DNA from: Clostridiales bacterium
Lineage (GTDB): Bacteria; Bacillota; Clostridia; Christensenellales; UBA1242
NCBI GenBank assembly: GCA_015069335.1
Contig: SVIU01000002.1
Coordinates: 1 to 59,526, forward strand
Length of the DNA: 59,526 nt
Direction of reading: 5' to 3'
Shown: one piece after another, positions 40,301 through 50,200 of the stretch
Numbering within the stretch: position 1 is the stretch's first letter
How the letters are laid out: every line of letters starts with the position of its first letter
Notes under the pieces: generated by a model
What the model was told of the DNA's origin: nothing
The model's input: only the letters and a program-made list of their open reading frames with translations
Database searches by the model: none
Program-made: the position numbers and the translations under genes

Positions 40301-43300
40301 AAGGCACAATTTCGTTTGAACATGCTTCGACATCAACTGAAAATATCGCAATACAAATACAAAATGCAAACATTGGTGGAATAATAGGAAAAACCAATAA
40401 TTCAATCACTCTAACCAATGCTCTTGCAAGTGGCGAAATCTTGCTTGCAAAAGATGGTGATAATGTTATATTTGATACAGGCAATGCAGGCGGCGTTATT
40501 GGTTTGTGTGATGGTTCAACTACTCTAAAAAACATTTATGCTGTTACAACAATCTTTAATAAAATATCAAGCAATAATCTTAAGTTAAATAGTATTGATG
40601 CAATAATTAATATTGTTAATGGAAAAACACCAACCTTTAGCAAAGCAGAAGACGATACGGGTGCTGAAACAGCAAATAGTTCAGTAATCTTTAGCTCGGG
40701 TATCAACCTAGAGCCAACCAAACATCATTTAATAGCAGAAAACAAGGCATTAATTGATAATATAAGCACAACGCATCCAGAGCTTAGTACATTTGTTGGA
40801 AATGCAAAAGGTTTGATAACAAGCGCTGGTGCTACTGGCACAAAATTTGCACCAACAAGCACTGAATCTTGCAATTTTGATGATGCCAAACAAGCATTTG
40901 AATGCAAGAGTGATGATATCAGAAAACTTTATGTGTCTTTACCGAAAGAAGTTGAGCATGCAGTAATTTTAAAAAATGCTTTCTTAATTTCAACTCAAGA
41001 AGTGCATTATTCAACAATCACACCAATTCACGAAATCGACACAGACAGTGTTGTTTCAAATGTTAATGTTGCGGTGTATATTGATATTCAACAAGAAAGC
41101 AATACAACCAATTTTGCAGATCATAATAAAGCTGGCTTTGCAAACGAAAACGCAGGTATAATTTATGGCTGTAGCGTCAGAGAAACACTAAACAAATACT
41201 ATAATGAAACAAAACAAACATTGTTCCATGGTTATATAAACAACGGAGCACCGGCTAGTGGTTTTGTTTATACAAACACTGGTAGAATTTTTGCAAGCAA
41301 TGCAAACATAAAAATTGCAGTAAATAATCAGAGTGTTTCAGCGTTCGTGTTTGAAAATTCAGGATCAATAGAATATTGCTATGTTTCTGGTGAGGCAGAG
41401 GCAAAATTTTTGGGAACAAACACTCTTGATGAATATAAGGCGGATACAACAAAAACAATTCCAAATGTATACTTATTTACAGCTGGAGATAGCCCCGTTG
41501 ACAGTTGTTATACAATTTTTAAATGCAGTTATGCAAAAGATACAATGCCCTCAAGTGGCTGTCTCTACGAAGCGGATGCTTGTGAATGGGGTACAAGCAC
41601 AACCAAACTTTATGGAAATGCACCACAAGGAGCAGACGAAGAGGACTGGAACTACAAAGGCTACTACGATTGCGATATAAACTACAACTACAACTATCCA
41701 ACAATTTCTGCAGGAATGTTTGCAACTATGACAAGCTTAAAACGCGATACAAGAGTTTGTTATGATGGGGCAAAATATGTCAAATATGTTGCAGAAAGTC
41801 CGGCAAACCGCTACTATCAAATTCCAAACATTACGGTGTTTAGTGATATTGACAATAAAATAGTTGATTCAAGGACTGTAAACACTTATGGAACAGATAC
41901 AGACGCTGGCGAGTTTGTAATGATTTCTGATTTGGATTTAAATTATACAAAAACAAGTCCAAACAACAAAGCAAACATATCAGCACTAACAGGCTTAATA
42001 TTAGATGGCAATTATCACACAATAAACAATATTTTCTTGAAAGATCAATCAATGTTTGCTGAGCTTACTAGCAGTGCGGTAAGAAATATAATTTTTAACA
42101 ATATTGTTTTAGACAACTCAACTGGTTTAATAAAAACAATTAGTGATAGTGCTACAACATTAAACAACTTAAAAATCACTGGCAATGTGCAGTTGAAAAG
42201 TATGCCTGAGGCAACATATACCACATCTGAAATAGATGATAATATAGATGGCGACTTTATCAGTATTAGTGACAATACAATTGGTATTTTGGTTGGCTCA
42301 AATGCAGGCATAATTACAAAATGTGAAAATTTTGCAAATATAGTATCTTATGAAATAAATAGTCAAACAAATACTATAGTAAACTATCAAAATACTAAAA
42401 ATTTTGCTGTTGGTGGTTTGGTTGGCACAAATACCGGCACAATTCAAGAGAGCAATTTTGGCGGAAGCGTTGATATACGCGAGAGTGATGTAAACAACGG
42501 TGCTTTTGGTGGAATTGCGGCGGTTAATAACTCAACAATTTCCAAGTGCCAAATAACAAATCCAAATAATTTTATAAATGTTTTACTAGAAGAAGATTAT
42601 GATAATGCAAACCATGCGACAAGAGCTCAAATTTTTAGTGGGCAAACGGGAATTTATGTTGCAACTAAAAATGTTGCAACTGTTGGTGGAATTGTTTCAT
42701 ATCTTCAAGATGGTACAATTTCAGATTTGGTTACTTATCAATCAAATACAAATCAATATGGCATTGTGGTTGGCGATCAAACCTTGCAAAAAATCACTTA
42801 TGTTGGTGGAATTGTTGGTTTTATGTATGACGGAACGGTTCTTGACGCTGCAAACCGCATGAACATTAAAGGTTTGGCAAGGTGGAGGTTTGTTAAAGAC
42901 AATGGGACACCTGAGGACTATGAATATTTTATAAGCGGATACGATAGTACACCTATATCCGCAAGTTACAATTATGATTCAATTTCTAACATGGTTGTTG
43001 TAAGTAAGCCAATGATATACACAGCTTACACCGGAGGCATAGCGGGTTATGGTTTAAACAGTGCAGCTGAAGATGGAACCAATCCTGAGAACACAAGCAA
43101 TAGACTAGCAAACTACGGAACAATAACTGGGGGACAGTTGGATAAATCAAGGCCATTTATGGCATTGGATTATGTAAGCAATCCGAGTGAAAAAGACCTA
43201 AGACAAAAATTGGATGACTACGAAAAATTTACTTTCAAAGATGCGTTAAAAGGCATTTTCTTCGGCGGAGCGGGTGCCGTTGTAGAATGGACACAATATT

Positions 43301-46300
43301 GTGTGCGTGTTAAACGCCATAAAGAAGCTGCTGGTGTCGTATTTGTAAAACCATATTTTGTCTATGGGGCAAGCACTAATTCTTTTGATAGAAATATGGC
43401 TAAAATAATTCCAGAAATTATCGCTTCAAATTTTGGAAGTGCATTTGGAAACAATATAAATACACCTAACGGAAGAGCATATACTAGTATCAATTTCAGT
43501 TATTATAAATTTGCAAACACACTCAACAACTGGTTTGGAAGAGAAGAGTTGGATGATGGAAAGGCTCCGGTAACAGAAGTTAAATGGACATCAAGCACAG
43601 TGGATGCAAGTACAAAACCAATATTGACGGCTGCTGATAGTATTGATTCTGATACTGATTATAAGAGGTATGACGACATTTGTGTTACGCTAGAAGGAAG
43701 CAACCTTAATGTTTTCGTTACGGCTGGCGAAGATAAAAAATATGATACAATTTATTCACCAAGCAACAAGCCTAATTGGAAATCTAAGGATGGTGTGGCG
43801 TGGGCTGATGATGAAGAGTCTAAACTAATTCCAGGTTTTGCAGCACCAAAAGCAATCGAGCGTGGTGTCACAGAAGAACATATCAGAACCGTTGATGACA
43901 ACTATTGTTATACTGTTCATAATACAGAAGACTGGAGAAACATTGTATACACAATAAACAATTGGAATACAAGTGATAGTGATTACAACAAAATAAAAAG
44001 TATGACAATAGACATCCAACCACAAAACGGTGCTACAATACAAGTTGGCAGCAGCGTTTTGAATGAGTTTAATGGAACAATCCAAGCAACCAACAGCGCA
44101 ACGCTTTTAAGTGTAAATTACAAATCTTCAACAATTCCAGATTATACAACAAGTGTTGGTTTAATCAGAAAAACTTCAGGTTGTACAATAAAGAATATTG
44201 CAATAGATGACATAAATATTTCAGCAATAGAAAATGAAGGTACAAATGTTGGCTTGCTGATTGGTGAGGCGAGCGAAAATGTTATAATTGAAAATGTAAG
44301 CATAAATTCTGGAGATAGAAATATTAACAATGTTGACACGTCAAAAATCAACAACTTTGGCGGTTTGATTGGTTTAAACAATGGTGAAGCAACAATCACA
44401 AATGCAAATGTAAGTCTCAACATAACTGGTTACAAAAAAGATATAACCTCGGCAAGTTCTGCCTTTGGTGGTTTGATTGGTACAAATGGAAACAAAGCAA
44501 CAATCACAAATGCATCAGTTTATGGAATTGTTGAACTAGCAACAAACTTTAACAAAGTTGGTGGTTTTGTTGGTAAAAACAATAAAACTTTAATAGCCAG
44601 CGGAACATCAAACATTACATTAAAAATTGCTTCAGTTGACGATGTCGCTGTTGGCGGTATTGTTGGCGAAAACGTGGCTACAGACGGCAACATAACAATC
44701 AGCTCAATAAACATTGCTCAAAACGCAAATATTATTTCGGCTGATGTATATCAACCTGGCGAAAATGCTTATGCTGGTGGCGTGGCTGGTGTAAACAATG
44801 GAACATTAACCATAAACCAAAACGTTACAATTGGTTCGGAATCAGCAAGTTATATTATTGCTGGTTACAACAAAGTTCTTTTGGACAATATGACATTTGA
44901 ATTTGCATCACAAGCTAGCGCAGGCAAGCTTGTTGGCAATGGTAACGATGCAACCACAACAGGCGCAATTGTTGTAAAAAATAATGTAACAATCAAGAGC
45001 ATTATGGCTGATTTATATAAGTTTACATATAGCGATGGGACAAAATATTATCAAACCCAGACTCCTGCAGATGAAATTGAATATTCTGACTTATCTGCCC
45101 TAGCAAACAATACTTATGGTATTAGTTGTGATGATGAGGGTAAACAATTAAAATATAACCACGAAGAAATAACTGGTGGTACTACAACAACACAAACAGT
45201 TTACAATCTTGTAAAAGTTGAAGGAACTGCAGATGAGGGGGTTACAGTTCCTGAAGATACATTCTACTTCCTATCATCAAAGGAATCAGAAAAGGACATT
45301 ATAACCGTATATACAGATTTTGATAATACAACTGGGGCTTTAATTAACAAGGTTGCAACAATCAAAGAAAATGAAACAATCTGTGAAGATGGTACAGGGT
45401 ATACAAGTTTCACTTTGGGTAGCGAAATTACTTACACATATAATGGAACACCATATAAGCTTACTATGCCAGAAGATGGGGGTGAAAAAATCACAAATTG
45501 GCATACCTCTCAAGAAACAATAACCACAGAAGCTCCTGTGGAAACAAAAATGCAATCACTTCAATATAGCATAGAAGATAAAACTATTGTTCCAAAAGGC
45601 ATACAACATGCAGGTGAAGTTGTTTTTGAAAAAACTATTACAACAAAATATAAAAATACAAATAAGTTTAAAGGTGCTGATGATGTAACACATTATTTAA
45701 ACAATATTGATGTTGGATACCAATTGAAGGTTAGAATTGTAAAACAAGATGTTTACATTAGTGGAGAGAACGCTTTCGCATTACAAGTTCTTCAGTTGAA
45801 TGATTATACAAAATCCATCATTAAACACGAAGGCGAAATCAAATATGATGAAGTTATTTATGCCCCTGAATCGATTACACCAAGAGAGTTGTTAAATACA
45901 AAAATCACATTAAACCAAGCAAAAACAATAACTTTGGATTCATTATTAAAAGAGAGTTTTGAAGGCTACAATATCATAAACGAAGAAGAAAAGCACGTTT
46001 TAATGTACAGTCCAGCCGGCATAACATTTACGATTTCTGGTGCAACATTAAAAATGTTCGAAAGATATGACATAATTTGCTCTGATCCGTACTCTGGTTT
46101 AAACGGCGATCATGCAGATGTTGAAATCTTCGAACTAGATCTATTGTCATTAACACAAACAATTTCTCTTGATAAAGATGACGAGGGCGAAGACACCAAC
46201 ATTGGTAGTGTTGTGTGTGGAAGTGAATGGAATGTTGAGTTGTATAAAGACGGCACTTTAGAAGATTTAAATGGAGATGACGTTGACGGTTCAGCAATTT

Positions 46301-47166
46301 CTAAGGCGTTTACTCAAGACACAACAACAGTCGCAGGTGTTCCTGTTGTGTACTTAGGCGACAAAATTGTATTTGCCACAAAGGAATACAATTATGGGCT
46401 ATACACAAACACCTTTGATTATGCTGGCGACAGTTACTTGATGGTTTCTCTTGTAAATAAACAAGCAAGCGGCTATTTAATCGAAGAGTATGTATACCTA
46501 TATGATGCGACAGAATCAAAATTGTACCCTTGTGGAAGCATAAGTTATAACTCTACAAGTGCAAACATAGCAAGAACAAGAAACCACAATTTGTTCCCAA
46601 GTGTTTTAACTGGAATAACAAAAATGAGTTATGACATTACCGCTCCGGGTGTGGCAATAACCTCACTTTCTTATGATTATGTTCATTATGAAACTACAAT
46701 AAGGTTTGATGTGTGGGAAAATAAAGCATACTATCAATACACAGTTACAACAAAACAATTTACTGCAACTGGCACGATAAACAATGCGGGCGCAATTAAT
46801 CAAGATGACCCAATACAAACATCAACTTCAAGTGAAACACCTGTTATAGTTCCTTATTCAAACAATAGTGCAGACGGATTCCTAACTGCAACAAACACTG
46901 GAATTACCCCAAGAACATATTCAAAAGATAATGATTTTGAAAATTTGCCAGTGAGCATTACAGAACTTGATGACGCAACTCAATATGTTGTGTACTCTAA
47001 AGGAACAGACATTTTAGGCTATAAAGTTACATTAACAACTGAAGGTAATGGTTCAATAACAAGAAGCTATTATCTAAAAGATGAAACTTATGTCGAGTAT
47101 GCAAGTGGTTTTGGCGAATTCCACATCTACAGCGGTTATAATGTGAATGCATTACCACAAGAGTAA
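31366..47166 (+). CDS. Giant surface protein (5266 aa from the first ATG; the frame is open from 31207) with Ig-like domains and six GLUG-type beta-helix modules
   Basis: No signal peptide and no RBS at the first ATG. Iterated motifs include AGFVATENAGTIKNV, VGGIVGVNAGIIENC, VAGFVVDNQGSITNS, AGFVNTNNGKITMS and FGGLIGLNNGEATITNA. Module heads lie at about 32860, 35941, 37324, 39070, 41800 and 43900. Confidence 0.9.
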   Translation: MLEGNSALAFEQDDPATDNTIEVAAQLEVNIVKGESKEVLIYAPAALVEDFNVSVTPKEFNGNNDDFFAYRVYGNEVGTKEYIISTKNGYSIKLTAHTIQETTEAQIDLASGVQYTAGIGEYKYSSSGDIINLSLQLGYSVGLNVILNENANLHALTYSFYEPNDAAYLGVYDKDNLDGLKDVESGNYDIGAVTYSSLSTILNTQNLKKENLITGLKEGVLILCVQIYGQTVLADGTIGADEPIIKYIFIEIYNPVKTLSIEATHVELRAKEDLIDSEASKELYTVELDAKALSNGGADATYGKIYINGGKINNNTGLCTVEVGQSFKVVYDYNTNKITITAQKYLAPYNITLFAGDFVYFTDTINMANLKKEFISVRLTISMAQTVQMEKIRVSNLDEVEDNNTKVDTYETLFLDTLKSDILTYKIFTEVLPAATFNKDLEFDYVSTSTNAQAIVTIDNSGLITVVGKNGGTGYITIKPKFSTQPVNMVKIPVVISDGKTRETAYKISSLDDIVDSTKHYVLTVPTTYVLDDKTLFEGKTFTGGLYGCETSGGARATIILKGKSLFDKLGANAYVEDLYICGDVTGAGFVATENAGTIKNVEVSTYIKNGVYVPSLLIAINKDGITSVGGIVGVNAGIIENCTFAGSILIEDTNANVSKLGAIAGEGSATNCVFVQAKFLRVAETIDRLVADGENYINGFIYTGSKLENKEGIAEAIYSAYPFDGNVNIKTDADKKYSLSIDEDKKHGIVFYYKAENPQNQTKIDDYNKIKITDLLNATTFEEEDLRVLAVNKDGTICNFIEVLNDSINIKGVGEFKLIISSKFDYTTSYEINMLSMYYFDKLTLQQYGQEISAGTTISIVDGKNSIIQSTEGNTTEGITLVSNNFEVLFTLENGGVAVDNNFISNNRVGVHTISINNNWDDSWTAGLTVSTKIKTPFATSFNKILNEHKLGENPASFKIIKRNGTTQITPSITSGEIEPQDYFSFDVVLTSDVEEDQIVASNIKIYNSKNYLMNDDDVFDIYVQTIEAGKQYKIYVGLYDSQKANTAYVNQTYRIVVQASNGGTVYECLTNVNMTIVPQTLASINTTLYRATRVVNGVLVDNTKQEPTSVLLPSDFGIFEIDLFPSFATYDYVEIVATSNTMATLSFRLQESTSETIFNDTTTSGSYDSLINKNGIKIYNNASSSTDQNVGRYFVKLFANSTYDQDTIFTITTTAYFANEALGAKAVFTLYVRMPEVPQVSIDGKTKHYTTPTETVEANVFVSNDQTNLSITLEANDQKSLSNVECFYEEVDSTQTNYKQYKVTVKFGEGYALDSSNSSSFKIMVESQKIITGQVVTVKGYVDVYVVDFILNEDSVVIYDAPANIFSITSLKRRELKLQINPEKIQGLEDAISLFASQYYYVNDYSNFNVWSSEQNQYNLQNDAEAYAPQIILAQSLSYVNGNYTLPILKTDGTFGDYNVADYQEFSKYVIFEYEDGKLYVKGGDYVGDVQMLLEIKYQMPDFRIFTYEYRFTLSNKIFYTEDMPKEIATNEDFLALKEETTAEDYILTNDINLYEYTAFENTDMIKSLDGNNYTINIHSYQKIEDGAANYALFNKISSLTTIKNVTINLYYLTTIDIGENVTSTNVAGLAINNSGIVYNTEVITYKSINSQSATSNTYGLKVNQDIDATVAGFVVDNQGSITNSRVGGDQKLITKLSYKTVTRTIQIGETTENVELVELDKVDQYYQDLTMFSILASGTISAFCQTNSGTISSSFAKNIEIVNNYNREETKATAGFVNTNNGKITMSYVQGAYGSSSNVRAEYGGIVSSGISAGFVYENNRIITDSYSNIKLTNTKQQTSRIGAGFVYHNAETAKIERCFSYSIIVTNNVTQSNFAGIKDFGGYNNEGTINHSYYYAGVEDSGTSIETSLNTGINKITNPTNKDEYYGFSFEGLKNFGTWQMSLTRGAILVSAEDITHSVRAKYEQIQGAEKVTIFDYCEGFELGSKYNPIIIRDAQEFNAVFTSSTSLAISDNILKEKQTIIGAYRLTNDIDLLELVPEDVEEGEATLNLQTTQMTLSGVEANTTGRNGSLEGNGLTIKNLAITSSLINSENFGMFKTLESGAKISNLTIEVAEGGVVSKQTICVGTIAGSIIDSTAYNIAIKGVSTQNGSSNIIGQNIVGGAFGRVVGESYVANISIESLSVIASYTAKNELSSSEAQYKNNNNYIRNLQKQEEGSTHYVDSALTYKNRSLAGGVAGVVDIYTQEMINADDYYAETGDTILDISVQSLSILGNFSVAAMTAGGLIGYVGEYVNAKDLLVTLQRQYNTQKIIAYNCYAGGIAGYSKGYLSQARIEHESAWQKEIESNIRAYYTGSEADRDQMDAAGLRGLNTLFESEYDPLAIGGIIGFACAGKLSIAYSKVNVLNQRAKYLGGVFGFVASATEDKRLYVNEVYTISDVYGESATKIGGFIGLKQTASCTISKANALNYWGYDAYEKFSVVDQTVIYAFAHSPAVPAGTPADVVDVKVEYIDEIEFDGGKKDVGGESGINYAQYKGVQDDNGALMDTNFRENGWYENNNWSRDINEEYPHILFTNPNMDRTIKSIADFHKFIEDGHNPNVTFYVIDMVDCNGWNLTLNAMRAQIIGTKSEYGFKNLSVPLFTSVHNKISNMTFDNCSAPIAQTAILATFENLIYKDCSHSTGKDGNLGVVVHKVEHQAVFNGISFTKTERNSLTASNVNAGYLFGYSSGSVSINDIRFDEATMSAEITQYGEKSIGLLYGQSTGSATIANVDVDNSGLSGVSISNDEANVNVGYLVGSSATLDIVYDTISITDPIYTFDDEPLEANQLTVGGIVGSVSAKLTISIGDTTATTSSQFIATVEDFNIDASASKTLIAGGVVGWVKEISVANTNIIVGYAEEQEDKTHYADYTYTLAEKNNYIGGVAGQAEKITTRDEKIIAFYGDIIIVGGNAESMNIGGIVGYLPNKSEISNVYYEGTISFEHASTSTENIAIQIQNANIGGIIGKTNNSITLTNALASGEILLAKDGDNVIFDTGNAGGVIGLCDGSTTLKNIYAVTTIFNKISSNNLKLNSIDAIINIVNGKTPTFSKAEDDTGAETANSSVIFSSGINLEPTKHHLIAENKALIDNISTTHPELSTFVGNAKGLITSAGATGTKFAPTSTESCNFDDAKQAFECKSDDIRKLYVSLPKEVEHAVILKNAFLISTQEVHYSTITPIHEIDTDSVVSNVNVAVYIDIQQESNTTNFADHNKAGFANENAGIIYGCSVRETLNKYYNETKQTLFHGYINNGAPASGFVYTNTGRIFASNANIKIAVNNQSVSAFVFENSGSIEYCYVSGEAEAKFLGTNTLDEYKADTTKTIPNVYLFTAGDSPVDSCYTIFKCSYAKDTMPSSGCLYEADACEWGTSTTKLYGNAPQGADEEDWNYKGYYDCDINYNYNYPTISAGMFATMTSLKRDTRVCYDGAKYVKYVAESPANRYYQIPNITVFSDIDNKIVDSRTVNTYGTDTDAGEFVMISDLDLNYTKTSPNNKANISALTGLILDGNYHTINNIFLKDQSMFAELTSSAVRNIIFNNIVLDNSTGLIKTISDSATTLNNLKITGNVQLKSMPEATYTTSEIDDNIDGDFISISDNTIGILVGSNAGIITKCENFANIVSYEINSQTNTIVNYQNTKNFAVGGLVGTNTGTIQESNFGGSVDIRESDVNNGAFGGIAAVNNSTISKCQITNPNNFINVLLEEDYDNANHATRAQIFSGQTGIYVATKNVATVGGIVSYLQDGTISDLVTYQSNTNQYGIVVGDQTLQKITYVGGIVGFMYDGTVLDAANRMNIKGLARWRFVKDNGTPEDYEYFISGYDSTPISASYNYDSISNMVVVSKPMIYTAYTGGIAGYGLNSAAEDGTNPENTSNRLANYGTITGGQLDKSRPFMALDYVSNPSEKDLRQKLDDYEKFTFKDALKGIFFGGAGAVVEWTQYCVRVKRHKEAAGVVFVKPYFVYGASTNSFDRNMAKIIPEIIASNFGSAFGNNINTPNGRAYTSINFSYYKFANTLNNWFGREELDDGKAPVTEVKWTSSTVDASTKPILTAADSIDSDTDYKRYDDICVTLEGSNLNVFVTAGEDKKYDTIYSPSNKPNWKSKDGVAWADDEESKLIPGFAAPKAIERGVTEEHIRTVDDNYCYTVHNTEDWRNIVYTINNWNTSDSDYNKIKSMTIDIQPQNGATIQVGSSVLNEFNGTIQATNSATLLSVNYKSSTIPDYTTSVGLIRKTSGCTIKNIAIDDINISAIENEGTNVGLLIGEASENVIIENVSINSGDRNINNVDTSKINNFGGLIGLNNGEATITNANVSLNITGYKKDITSASSAFGGLIGTNGNKATITNASVYGIVELATNFNKVGGFVGKNNKTLIASGTSNITLKIASVDDVAVGGIVGENVATDGNITISSINIAQNANIISADVYQPGENAYAGGVAGVNNGTLTINQNVTIGSESASYIIAGYNKVLLDNMTFEFASQASAGKLVGNGNDATTTGAIVVKNNVTIKSIMADLYKFTYSDGTKYYQTQTPADEIEYSDLSALANNTYGISCDDEGKQLKYNHEEITGGTTTTQTVYNLVKVEGTADEGVTVPEDTFYFLSSKESEKDIITVYTDFDNTTGALINKVATIKENETICEDGTGYTSFTLGSEITYTYNGTPYKLTMPEDGGEKITNWHTSQETITTEAPVETKMQSLQYSIEDKTIVPKGIQHAGEVVFEKTITTKYKNTNKFKGADDVTHYLNNIDVGYQLKVRIVKQDVYISGENAFALQVLQLNDYTKSIIKHEGEIKYDEVIYAPESITPRELLNTKITLNQAKTITLDSLLKESFEGYNIINEEEKHVLMYSPAGITFTISGATLKMFERYDIICSDPYSGLNGDHADVEIFELDLLSLTQTISLDKDDEGEDTNIGSVVCGSEWNVELYKDGTLEDLNGDDVDGSAISKAFTQDTTTVAGVPVVYLGDKIVFATKEYNYGLYTNTFDYAGDSYLMVSLVNKQASGYLIEEYVYLYDATESKLYPCGSISYNSTSANIARTRNHNLFPSVLTGITKMSYDITAPGVAITSLSYDYVHYETTIRFDVWENKAYYQYTVTTKQFTATGTINNAGAINQDDPIQTSTSSETPVIVPYSNNSADGFLTATNTGITPRTYSKDNDFENLPVSITELDDATQYVVYSKGTDILGYKVTLTTEGNGSITRSYYLKDETYVEYASGFGEFHIYSGYNVNALPQE

Positions 47167-47252
47167 AAAAAATAAGAAATAAAAAAGAAAAACAAAACTT
47201 AAAAAAAATAAAGAACAAAAAACAAACAAAAAGAGAAAAACAGGAGAGAACT

Positions 47253-50200
47253 ATGAAAAAAATATTAAGCATAGTAACATTTGTAATTTTAATATTTAGC
47301 GGAGTGCTTATGTCGGGCTGCGGTCAGGACTATAGTTCTCTCTCGCTTTCTTTTGACTTGAACAATTCTAGCAAAATAGAGTTGTCGGTTGGCGATGAGG
47401 CAAAAGAATATTTTGTAAAAATAGAAAATTATTACGAGTTTGATCCCGTATTTACTTTTTCTTTTGCCGAAGATGTTGCCACAGTAAAGTCATATCAAAA
47501 AGCGACAAATGATGGGGTTTACAAATTCTCGATAACACCATTAAGGCCGGGCGAGACAACTCTCAGCCTTGACCTTTCGGGCTTAAACAAGCCATTAAAA
47601 ATTCCTGTGAGGGTTACAAATGACATTGTTGGGTTTGCTCCAACAAATCAAATTTATGCAACAAGGGGAAACACCTTGCAACTAAATTCAAGTTTGTTTA
47701 CTTTTACACCACCAGACACTTCTCAAACTGGTTTAAATTTTGATCTTAAAACAGTTTTTGATGGTTTGACATTAGATTCAAACACAAACACTTTGACAGT
47801 ACCAGCAAATTATACTGCGGCTGAAATAGTTTTAAATGTAACAAGCAAGTCAAATGCATCTATTTTTGAAGAGATAACAATAAAAGTTGTTGATCCAATA
47901 GATATTCAAGATTTTCAAGTTGCATACGCAAGTCAAGATATAACCAATCCAGAAGACTTTGCTGCTCAGCAAGATGTTGTGTTTGATAATCAAGAAACTC
48001 CACTTGTTTTTACAATAAGCGAAGCACATAGCTTTCAAAAAAGATTTTATGTTCAAGCCGACGAGCAAACATGGACAAAAAATTATTTGGTTGACATAAC
48101 TTTAGAAAACAATCAATCCACGCCAAATGTGTTTTTGATTGGTGGTGGGGTTTTGCAACTAAAACAACAGGCTTCAGATTTTGATTTTACTGTTGTTGCA
48201 AATGACATTTCTAGTCAGGGCTTGCTTAAATTCAAGTTTTATCAAGCCGACTATCCAGACAATTGTGTCGAACAAATTGTGTATTTAAAAGCAACATGTG
48301 TGCCAACAGCAATAAAAATTAATGGTCAAGATTCTTTGCAACCAGTTGAGTTGTACACAAACAGTGATGACGCAAAAGAATATGCATTTTCGGTTGCACC
48401 AAGCAAGGCTCAAAAAGATGACTACAATTATTCTTTTCAATTTTATAGTGTAACAACCAATACTGCTCCAGAATGGCAAAACATTGTTAGTGAAGCAAAC
48501 ATCAAAACACAAATTCCAGCTGCGCTAGAGGTTAAATATGGCGGAGCAAAAATTGTTGATTGTGGAAATGAATATGATTTGTCAAATTTAAACACAATTC
48601 TTTCACTTAAAGCATTAAACTTTTTGCCAGATACTTACTTTGCAATAAAAATCACTTGTTTCCAACAAGTGGATGGTGTTCGCACAGATCTTTGTGAAAA
48701 TGTTATATATTTTCAAGTGATTGAAGGCGTTATGCATTTTTCTGTCAATTCAGAATACAAAGAAGGCATATATCTAGATTTAAGAACTTTTGATCCAAAT
48801 GGAAGCGGTATCCAATTTGCTGGCTTTGATGCCAATGGTAGCGTAGGAAATCTTACTATCACTCAAATTGGTCAAGGCACAAATGTTTGTCAAATGACAC
48901 AGGTTGGAAAGGACGCAAAATTAAATATTATTCCACTATATGAGGGTGTTTGTGAATATTTAATCACAACCGAAAATGGCAAAGAAACAAGATTAAAAGT
49001 TTTTGTTATCAAAACTATTCAGCAAAAAGATTTTTCAATCACACTTGATCAAAATGGAAATCAAAATATTTCTGCTTACGATGAGATTGCAAAAATAGAC
49101 GGCGGACAAAAAACTCTAACGAGCCTTACAATAAAAGGTTTAAATAGTCAAGCCAATTTAAAAATAAATATAAATAGTGATGCCAAAAATTTGGATTTGA
49201 GCTATGAGTGCGAAATAACAGTTGATGCCACAGCGAGTGCATATTTTGAAATGCAAAATGGCAAAACCATTGTTACAAAAAATAATTTTACTGGAGATAA
49301 TACAACTTATTGGGCGAGCGTCAATTTGACAATATACAAAGTTGACACAGAACCAACCAGTGCAACTTATTTGCAAAGAACAGCCATTCCAATTCAGGGC
49401 AATTACAATATACAACTCAAAAGCGTTAACTATGTAAAAGAGCTAGCACTTTATACCAACAACAATCAACAAAGTGACGATAGAACCAAAATTGTTTCTA
49501 TATACAACAAAAATGAATTGTCGTATATAAACGAGAATTTGGCTACTGTATACTTTTATTTAGATTTAACACTTGGCGAAAATACTGCACAGCTAAATAG
49601 CGAGTTTAATTTAAGCAACTGGAAGTTTTCTTCAAATTTAAATTCAAATTATTCATTAACAGAACTTTCAAGTGGTCAAGCACAAGTTGGCAACGTGGGA
49701 ACATTTGAGTTTTTGCCACAAAGAGAATCAAATGATTTTGTTGGTAGATTTACATATGAATATTCTAGCGTTATGATAATCAGTCAAATTACTGTTGTGT
49801 TTAATTTTAAAGATCAAAACACTGGCGTAGATTTTTCTTCTTCAGTTGAACTAAAAATTGAAAAGTATATAAATGTTGATTCTATTTGGCTAGATAGCCC
49901 AGAAACAAGCATTTATCTTGACAATACAGCGCAATATTCAACAAAAACCATCAGCACCTTTATTTTGCCAGCAAATGCAATGTGCAAAGATGTTAGAGTG
50001 ATGGTTGACACAGTTTACACCAACTGCATAAAGGTGGATGTAAACCAAAATATTATTAAGCTTACTTACCTAAGTGCGGGTGCGGGAATTATAAGAATCT
50101 TCCCAGTTTCAACTATGAAAACCAATTCTTATACCAATGCCAACGGTGATTATTATTATCATTTGGCTTTAAAGTTTGTGGCTGCAGACGGGGCATCTCA

